Assembly (NCBI GenBank): GCA_951406725.2
Contig: OX597824.1
Location: forward strand, 92,690,001-92,754,000
Source: Octopus vulgaris
Lineage: Eukaryota
Direction: 5' to 3'
Length of the DNA stretch: 64,000 bases
Numbering within the stretch: position 1 is the stretch's first letter; the number at the start of each line of letters is the position of its first letter. The notes beneath the pieces are model-generated. The model saw nothing but the letters and a program-made list of their open reading frames with translations. It was not told where the DNA came from and made no database searches. This document shows, piece by piece, positions 54,456-64,000 of this stretch. The position numbers and the translations under genes are program-made.

Positions 54456-54602
54456 CAGTGTACATTTAAACACATTAGGAGGTAACCATCATAGGACTCC
54501 CTTACGCTAGAAGGAACCGCTAAAGTCCAAACCATTAATTAGGGATATATTTTCGAAGGGAATGAAAAATAAATACATCTTAATGTGTTTAAATGTACAC
54601 TG
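54456..54602. mobile_element. Tc1/mariner-type MITE, 147 bp, 25-bp TIRs, TA target duplication
   Basis: TA|CAGTGTACATTTAAACACATTAGGA ... TCTTAATGTGTTTAAATGTACACTG|TA, with one mismatch between the TIRs. Confidence 0.85.
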
Positions 54603-55061
54603 TATTTTATATGAATAATATATAGTCTATTGACTCATTTTTCTATACGCTAGGCCACTGGTAGTAAATATTTCTAAAATATTTATTACCCTGATATTAT
54701 TAATTATGTTCATACGATTATTTAGGGATTCTTTTAGTGATTTACCTTTAAATGACACTTGGCCCCAATGAAAAGTTTAAGGTCAACATCGTTTTTAGAA
54801 ACATTAATTTTAAGGAATATTATTGCTTCGCTCAGAAATAATGATTTATAAAGCCGTCATATTGCCTGAAATAAGTAAATGGGAAGACATCACAAATTCT
54901 TCATCCGGTTATTTAACAAAACCAACGGTATCGCTAGGAGCAATACACGTGACATACACAACCTTTATTGACGCTACAAATAATGATTATGAGATAATGA
55001 GATTATTATGAGATGAATACAAACAATGATAATGAGTATCTGACATAATAGCTAAGAATAT

Positions 55062-55270
55062 GGCAGGGCATTGAATTGACAGGAACGCTAGCACGCCGGA
55101 GAAAAGGCTTAACGGTATTTCGTCCGTCTTTATGTTCTGAAATTCCGCAGAGGCCGACTTGAACTTTTGGAGTCCATAGGTTAAGTACCAGTGGCACACT
55201 GGGGTCGATGTTATCAATTTACACCCTTCCACCACGAACTTACTGATCCTGTGCCAAAGTTTGGAACCAA
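55062..55270 (+). mobile_element. SINE family B
   Basis: CGCTAGCACGCCGG...GGTATTTCGTCCG...AATTCCGCAGAGGCCGACTT...AAGTACCAG...CTGGGGTCGATG. Confidence 0.7.
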
Positions 55271-56938
55271 TATTTAGCTATAGCCTTATATATTCTCAGT
55301 TTGAATCCCGATGAGGTTAACTTACTTCGCATCCGTCCAGTATACTCTTAAGATATGCAAATGAGACGGCTGGGCGTTGAGCATTTGGATGTGCTGAATT
55401 GGAGAGCAGACATACACATGTGCGCTCGGGAAATATACGCATATAACTGGAGTGAGAGAGAAACGGAGAGGTAGAGGGCAAATATAAAGGCAACCAGATG
55501 CTCACATATATAAATAGACAGTAACGGAGAGAAAGAGATGAGAGGACATTACAATTTATTTATTGAAGGTGATTGACATAAACGTTTCCTCTCTCCTTAT
55601 ACAGAGAAAGAAAAATAGGTCGAAGATGCGGAAGAACGACAGAAACAATAAAAGGTCTGCTGTCAAATAAGCCAGCGTCGAATCAACGACAGAAAATAAG
55701 CGTTACCAAGACGACTGTGCCAAAACATCTACACGTAAAAAAATATATCAGAACAAATATAATGAAACTGATATATTATTACTAGCGTTTCATTAATTGA
55801 ATGTATTCTCCCCCATATTTAGATTAACCAATAATCTACAGGAAGTAAACTTGCCATACGAACATAAGGTGTAGATTATTTAACAAAAGTAAATGAGTTG
55901 TTTTAGTATGATTTTTTTCGCTCCCGAGGTGATGTGTCTCACGGCATCCTCGTGGAGGATGTTGTTTGGGATTTTGAGCCATGTTGTGTAAATATGAAAC
56001 GAATCTTGCAGAACTTTACTTTAAGGAAGGCGTGTTTCACTGCATGATATTGCAACGGGTGAAGAGATTAAGTGTGCGATTGCAGATATACTGGTACAGA
56101 TATAGACAATTCCAGAATTCGTTATAAGGGTGTTAGACGAAATAACGAAATAGGCCGTACGTAGAAAAATAGGTAAACTAATAACTTCGTCTGTCAATGA
56201 TTACTTGCGTACAGAAACTGTACTAATTAGTCCCTTGTTTGTGAGCAGGACTATAATACGAAACATAGTTAAACAATAAATCTATGTTTAATACTTCTAT
56301 GAATATTATCTGCAATAGGTAGTTAGGAAATAAAGCGTTATATTATAAGAGGTAAAAGCAGTGTTAAATAGTGTAAAACATAGGTATACACTTTCTAGTC
56401 TAAGTCACACAAGAGTTTAGATAAATACCAGAACAGAAAAAAAGGACAAATAAATGCAATAGACCAACATTGAAACATACTAATATGATGAGAAACAAAA
56501 CACGAATCTATAAATAACGTAAATAGAGGTCTTATAAATAAATAACATAATACCATAACACATATACTCTTCAACGAAACACTGCAGGTGTGAAATCTTT
56601 GGATACAATTAACTTCGGAATCAAAAGACAGCTGGAGAGTATATTTGAAGGAAATCGAATTTCGGATTGCATGATGGCGGACGAAGTGAAAATGGTTTTG
56701 TTGAAATTTTCACTGACTTGTATTGAAATCAGATAGAATTTTCACATCGTCTGATTCACTGTTTACACACTTCATGTTATTGATATTATTGTTGTTGTCT
56801 CTGTTGTTACAAGAAGTATAATACTTGTTGTTGTTGTTGTTGTTATTATCATTGTTATCATCATCATCGTCATCATCATCATAATCATCATCATCATCAT
56901 CCTCATCATCATCATCATCATCATCATCATCACCATTA

Positions 56939-56970
<32 letters not shown>

Positions 56971-57448
56971 GTTGTTGTTGTTATTATTATTACTATAAAG
57001 TATTAGTAGTAGTTGCAGTAGTAGTAGTAGTAGTAGTAGCAGCAGCAGCACCAGTTGTAGTAGTAGTAGTTATGCTCGTGATATTGATATTAGAGTGGTT
57101 TGTATTTTTTCGTGAGTGTGTGTCTATATATATGTATATATATATACGGCATGCGTGTATAAATGTATATAATACATACAGTATAATTCAGTGATGTACA
57201 TTTACGCACGATCGGAAATCTAGGTGCGTATATACAGGCAAACACACGTCCTTACATTTAAATGAACATTCAAAATCGTACGCACTCAAATATAAGCATA
57301 TTCACAGATCTACGTAAAATGTCAGTCACCCGCATGACATTCTTTCAACATGGAGTTGCCTGAATTGAATTAACAATACTGACATCATTTGTGTATGTGA
57401 ATTCAAAACAACCACTTCTTAAAATCGCGTTAAGAGAATTTTATCTGT

Positions 57449-57489
<41 letters not shown>

Positions 57490-57545
57490 GCAGAAGTTAA
57501 TATACACACATATATATATATATATATATATGTATGTATATTAAC

Positions 57546-57834
57546 TTCTGCCTTTTCAAGCCTAGCCAGATTCATGGGCCCGGTTTCCCGGTTTCCGTGG
57601 CGTATGTCTTCCCCCCAGCTGGACAAGACGCCAGTCCATCGCAGCGTTACTCAAGAAACAGCGAGTAAGAGTGAGAGAAAGTTGGGGCGAAAGAATATAA
57701 CAGGGGTCGCCACTACCCCCTGCCGGAGCCTCGTGGTGTTTTAACTAAAAAAACACACAACGCCCGGTCTGGGAATCGAAACCGCGATCCTCTGACCGAG
57801 GGTGCGCTACCCTAACCACTGGGCCATTGCGCCT

Positions 57835-57838
<4 letters not shown>
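57546..57838 (-). mobile_element. tRNA-derived SINE family A with a V-domain-like tail (type Y)
   Basis: Minus strand GTGGAGGCGCAATGGCCCAGTGGTTAGGG, GGTTTCGATTCCCAGACCGGGCG, then GCTGCGATGGACTGGCGTCTTGTCCAG, which resembles the V-SINE motif (recalled, not searched). Confidence 0.85.
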
Positions 57839-57908
<70 letters not shown>

Positions 57909-58720
57909 GTGTTATTTTGTTATCGTTACTAAAAGCACACAACATATACGTCAGCCTTGAGTAACTGCGTAAAATTACTATATATATTGATATGAAATTA
58001 TAGGTTGAGCTTTAATTTAAATTAGTATTACAGTATTTTTGTAATTTGAACAGAATTCGAAAACCCTTTTCATCTCGCTACGCACAATGCATTCTGTGTG
58101 TGGCGGAGAAATGCCATCATCAGATACTTTCACATTAAATGGTACAGGGAAGACACGCTTTCACGACTGGAAAAAATGGTATAAAATCTGTTTTAGTGAG
58201 AAAATACCTTGTAGATTAACACCAGTGATAATTAAGAAAATCAACTTGTAATACTAGTTTTTACTACTTACTTTAATCCAATTAGATGTAGGAAAACGGC
58301 ATGAAACGATGAGCAAAATCAGTTGTGCTCTTAGAAGATGTCGTGAATTGCAGAAAACTTGCAAGATGTAAGATACGGGAAACGTAATCGTGGAAAAACA
58401 TGAGATCAAAATAAATGAACATATAGACATACTCACACTCACACACAAACATGCATATACACGCACATGTATTCTTAGTTTTTACTTGTTTTAATCACTA
58501 GTCTACGAGCATGATGGATTCACTGCTCTAAAAGTGTACAATCGAAAAAATCACCTCTAACACGTTTATTAAAGCCTGGAACTTTGGTACTTCTTTCGCT
58601 CTGTCTTCTTTGCCGAAATATTAAGTTACGACTCCCAAAACAATCAAGGGTGGCAGTAAAAGTTGGTAAATCTCCAAACAGAAACATAAAGAAAAATATA
58701 GGAACACACATGTCTGTTTG

Positions 58721-58784
<64 letters not shown>

Positions 58785-59486
58785 GCTAGCTAGCTAGCTA
58801 GCTAGCTCTATATATCTATCTATCTAACTATTTATCTATTTATCTATCTATCTGTCTGTCTGTCTGTCTATTTATGTACCTATCCATCTATCTATTTATC
58901 TATCTGTCTGTCTATCTATCTATCTATTTTTCCATGTATCTATTTATGGCTTACACATAGGTGCCTTTATATCAAATTTAATCACACGTCATTGTCTATC
59001 ATGGCACAATAGTCAAAACAATTGCTCTATAAACCACGGAGCAGGAGTGAACCAAAAACATTGCGGTTACTATGTAAGCTCTTTACTCCCAGACGTATGA
59101 TTGTCCTTATTTATTCGAATTTACATATGGTGCACTTATATATAATCAAAACAACTTTGGCCCTACAGATGGAGAGAAATGTCAAAGGTTTAATAATTCT
59201 AAAATAAGTCAATTGAAGTACAGCAGAACAGAAGCTTAGATTTTTACACTGAAGGGAATATCTGAAAGTTGGCAAATCTCCAAAAAGAAGTAAAAGAGTT
59301 AATATATTTTAAGATTCCATGGTTTTCTGATAACACAAAATATTCATACATGCTAAAATTTATTTCTCTTGCAAGATATACAAATGTATACATTATAAAT
59401 GGCTCTGTATGTGTTGGAATGTCTATTTGTGTGTGCACATACGTATATACATACTTACACAAACACACACACACACACACAAATAC

Positions 59487-59525
<39 letters not shown>

Positions 59526-59545
59526 CACATATATATATATGTATG

Positions 59546-59628
<83 letters not shown>

Positions 59629-60334
59629 CTAGACACACATATGTACACATACGTAGTTTAATGAGTTCTCCTGAATTCATTAAATTCATTTTATCTCGTA
59701 AAGGAAGAAAAAACTAAAATTTAAAAATGAAGAAAATAAATCTCACAAACATGATTAGAGTTGCAAAGAAAATCAAGATTAAAAATAGAATAGAGAAAAT
59801 AAAAAAAAAAAACAAGATGAGCATTAAAAGTAAATAAAATATATTTTATTAGCTTAGCTAACTTAACTGTCACTTTTGTGTGGTTTAATCAAAACACCTA
59901 GAGGCATAAAGACGGGGAAGGTTCTAAAAAAAATCCAAGAAGCAAAGGCAAGTTATAGAAAGAGCATAGAGGAATATGTATGAGTGTATATACATATATG
60001 CGTGTTTGTATGTATGCGTTTTCAGTTATAGTTACAAATATAAATTTCTATATATATTTACATATACATATATGTGTGTGCTTGTAATTGTGTGTTAGTG
60101 TGTGCTTGTTTGAGAATGTCTGTATGTGTGTGTATATATGTGAAGGTTGGTAATTAACAACTATGGAAGAAGAAAAAACAGAGTAAAAATATTACTTGTA
60201 GAGAAATAACATGAATATACATTAAAGTAAGGAAATTAAAAATAAAGGAAAAAAAGAGAAAAGCTATAAATAGAGTGGAATAAACCTAGAGATAAGGTGA
60301 TAGCTGCGAGTATATAGATTGGAGAAAAAAGTAC

Positions 60335-60378
<44 letters not shown>

Positions 60379-60403
60379 TAATAGTAATAAAAATAATAAT
60401 AAT

Positions 60404-60441
<38 letters not shown>

Positions 60442-60916
60442 TGATGATGATAATAATAATAATAGTAATAATAATGATAATATTGATGATAATAATGATA
60501 ATAATAATAATAGGTGTATAATGATGGTTCCCAAAGTGTAAAACGATAAACGGCAAAAGTAAAATGCAATAATATATTCTAGTAAGATAATATATGTATT
60601 TGATATAAAAATGTTTGACCGCAGCAGTTAAGTAGACAGGATTATTATAGGTTGTGCTAGTTTGGGTATATGAGTGTATGTATGCATGTGTATATATATG
60701 TATATATATATATATATGCATTATGAATATACATATATAGAATATATATATATATATATATACATTAACATGTATGTATATATATATATGCATATATAGA
60801 TAGATAGATAAATAGATAAATATACATACATGTATACATATATCTATATATATGTATATACACACATGCATACATACATATATATATATATATAAATATG
60901 TGTAAATATATGTGTA

Positions 60917-60949
<33 letters not shown>

Positions 60950-61619
60950 TAGACAGAGGGAGAGAGAGAGATAATATTTGCACACATGCATATATACATA
61001 CATATGTATCCTTCATGATCCGGGTGACATTACATCGATTGAAACGAACTATTTGTGTATATACATGCGAGTGTGTAGTTGAACTTATACTAATGTTGAT
61101 GTACGTGCATGCGTCTTTAGGCAAGCGCACTCGCATGCGTAGGAAGGCAGAAGCAGTTACGTTCTGACCCTTTTCTAGCACTAACATCTAAGACATTTAT
61201 CACGGTTAACTTGATAATTTCTTTAATCTAGATAATTTTCTTCCCCAGACACCTTGACTGCACTTTAACCAATTTTTCTCTACCAGTTTCTTTATCTCGG
61301 CGTTAGAATAAAAGCCGTAATATTTCCTTCTATACCGGTTAGCATAGTTATCTGTCAAGCAGTTGATCCGAGTTCCACTTGCGACTGACTCTCTCCCACG
61401 AAAACTGAAGAATACAGAGAGTGAGAACTGTGCAGAGGAAATCATAAAAATAATTTCTAAAGATTTCTATAAGGTTTCAGAGTAAACATTCACAGAACAC
61501 TACAAAATATTTGAGTGGTTCCAATGAAATAGCTTACTTGTAACATGCAAATAATTAACGCTTTTTAGTTCTTTGTCATTACAGCTCTGTAGACGAGGGT
61601 GATACCGATCGATTACAAA

Positions 61620-62545
61620 ACCGTTGATGAAGCAGATGTAACAGGGGTCCTAGAATGTGTTCAAATTCAGCAACTGGTCCGGATGGCTTCCCCACTATTC
61701 TCCTGAAGTCACGTAAGCAGGCTTTAGCGAAGTCACTTCAGATAGTTTTCCAGAGTTCCCTTGCAGGTATTAAACTTCCTAAGCGAATATTTCCTGTCGA
61801 TAAAGGCAGAACAGTAGTTAAAATCTACCGGTCCATCTCTCTCACTTCACGTATCTGCAAAGTCATGGACTGAGTCGTCAGAAGGAAACTGATAAAGCTC
61901 CTACATGAAGAGGACTCGCTGAACGATACTCAGTGTGGATTCCGTGCTGAATGAAGCTACCTCACAGGGCTTTTCCTTTATATGACTGCTTTTCGACGTA
62001 CCTGCTCTACCTTTCAAATATATCAATGTGGTATAACTTTACTTTGCAAAAGCCTTTGACAAAATGTATCCTGATATATGTTACAGACTGTGAGACCTTG
62101 GTATAGCTGGTAAACTGGGAGGGTGCGTACAAAACGTCTAACTAAAAATCAGAACTCAGTTTTAGCTGATCTTGTCCTCACTAGGGAAACATAAAATTTG
62201 TGTCCTTCAGGGGTCTCACCTGGGACCATTAACTTTTATTGTATTTCTCGTAAATAAGTAGACAAGTACATGGTCACTCAGACATTTGCCATCTCTATAG
62301 TTGATAAGGTGTTGTTGTAAACCTGCTGCCGGAACAAAAATGCAATATGCAACTACGATGAACAAATCACCATGCAGTTTAATGCAGGAGAATTTCAAGC
62401 ACCACGCAAACATCTTATAAATGCATTTATAGGACGTGAAGGAGCTGTATTTCTAGAGTCAGGTGAGTGACCTGTTTGAGCATTAGTGTTTGCAATGATG
62501 CATAATTTCATGTGCATATTACCAAGATGGTATATGTTATAATTA
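61620..62545 (+). pseudogene. decayed CR1-group LINE reverse transcriptase fragment
   Basis: SATGPDGFPTILLK...YRSISLTSRICKVM, QCGFR, FAKAFDK (~62044-62065) and VLQG/LGPL (~62200-62232), with many stops and frameshifts. Confidence 0.8.
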
Positions 62546-62734
62546 AGCATGGGTCATAATTTAAATACGGAAAATTCAAGACGATCTAGACAGACGGACA
62601 GACAGATAGATAGATAGGTAGACGAACAGACAAATGATAAATAGATACATAGATAAAGAGAGAGAGGGAGAGAGAGACAGAGAGAGAAAGAGTGAGGGAG
62701 ACAGAAAGAGACAGAGACAGACAGGCAGACAGTC

Positions 62735-62789
<55 letters not shown>

Positions 62790-62893
62790 CAGGCAGACAG
62801 ACAGACAAAGAGACAGGCAGACAGATGGATAGATAGACAGAGAGACATGCTGGTAGACAGACAGAGAGACAGACAGATAGACAGACAGACAGG

Positions 62894-62925
<32 letters not shown>

Positions 62926-63075
62926 CGAACAGACATGACAAATAGATAGATAGATAAAGAGAGAGAGAGAGAGAGAGAGAGACGGACAGACAGACAGACA
63001 GACATGCATGTGTACATGTGTGTCTAGGTGTATATCAATATGGATTGGTTTACTCGTGTGCATGCGTATAATATA

Positions 63076-63120
<45 letters not shown>

Positions 63121-63549
63121 GTCTTTATATATCTATGTATCTTTGTAAGTATGCATTATTGCTTGGAGGCCTATATATATGTGTGCCTAAGCATGTAATA
63201 CTGTAAACCGTATCCTATGCCATAAAACCCTAAATCAGACACTTTAATGATCTCTTGTGATACGTTTAATCTTCTCATAATAGTGTTGCATACTTTTTTA
63301 TCTTCTTATACCTTGTCTCTGGTATATTACTCTTGTTGTTGTATGTTTTCTTGCTTATTTTGTTATTATTGATGTTGTAGACTATTTCTCTTTGAAATGT
63401 TCTTTTTTTTTTCAGGTTTTAAGAAATTTGTTATTTTTTTTATTTTGCTGCTATTTTTATCTGGACTTAAACAACACATTTGGGCAATTCATTTTTTTCT
63501 TTTTAATAATTTTTACTTATTTTATTTGTGTGGATCTTTAGTGTTTATT

Positions 63550-63568
63550 TTTATTATTATTATTATTA

Positions 63569-63642
<74 letters not shown>

Positions 63643-63662
63643 GTTACTATTATTATTATTAT

Positions 63663-63710
<48 letters not shown>

Positions 63711-63733
63711 CATCATTATTATTATTAGTATTA

Positions 63734-63771
<38 letters not shown>

Positions 63772-63800
63772 ATTATTATCATTATTATTATTATTATTAT
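63550..63800. repeat. (TTA)n-(TAG)n-(TTA)n microsatellite
   Basis: Directly visible. Confidence 0.95.
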
Positions 63801-63802
63801 CA

Positions 63803-63888
63803 AGGCGGCGTGCTGGCAGAATCCTTAACGAAGCCAGGCGCGATGCTTAGCCGTATTTCGCCAGTCGGTACTTTCAAATTCTGTCGGA
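63803..63888 (+). mobile_element. SINE B head, truncated
   Basis: AGGCGGCGTGCTGGCAGAATCCTTAAC...GCTTAGCCGTATTTCG...CAAATTCTGTCG. Confidence 0.65.
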
Positions 63889-64000
63889 GTGAAAAATTCT
63901 TTAGCGTTTCGAGCCTACGCTCTTCCACAGAAAGGAACACAGAAAGAAACAAGGAGAGAAAATAAAGAATGCGTAGTGGCTAACGATCTATCATGGCGAA
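63889..64000 (-). mobile_element. Penelope-like short element with a hammerhead-like motif (runs off the window end)
   Basis: Minus strand CTTT-CTGTGGA-A-GAGC-GTAG-GCTC-GAAA-CGCTA-AAAG. The upstream ATCGTTAGCCACTAC matches the copies at ~20125 and ~20328. Confidence 0.65.

Noticed and set aside
57765-57838. tRNA gene (also at 111-185 and 45700-45771)
   Set aside because: A/B boxes are present, but the sequence continues into a SINE body shared by several copies and no clean cloverleaf acceptor stem is evident.

Overview
AT-rich, microsatellite-saturated animal genomic DNA. The SINE families and the very dense (TA)n/(CATA)n/(GATA)n/(TAA)n tracts look like an Octopus genome; this is inferred from sequence style, not from a search. 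The window is almost entirely intronic or intergenic, and nearly all ORFs in the track are microsatellite artefacts. Recognisable content: (1) a young RTE-clade LINE at 6551-8135 with a twin-priming-type 5' inversion and a candidate TSD; (2) decayed RTE, CR1-like and possibly R4/Dong LINE pieces; (3) mariner, DD37D/maT-like, hAT-Buster and piggyBac transposase remnants; (4) a non-autonomous Helitron and three palindromic MITE-like elements; (5) dozens of tRNA-headed SINEs in three modular families (called A, B and C here). The most unusual signal is a family of short (TA)n-associated, Penelope-like elements carrying minimal hammerhead-ribozyme-like motifs, four of them with the variant core CUGUNGA, including a 203-bp tandem dimer. 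There is one candidate host exon (50599-50852, minus strand). All coordinates were read by eye and most element boundaries are approximate.
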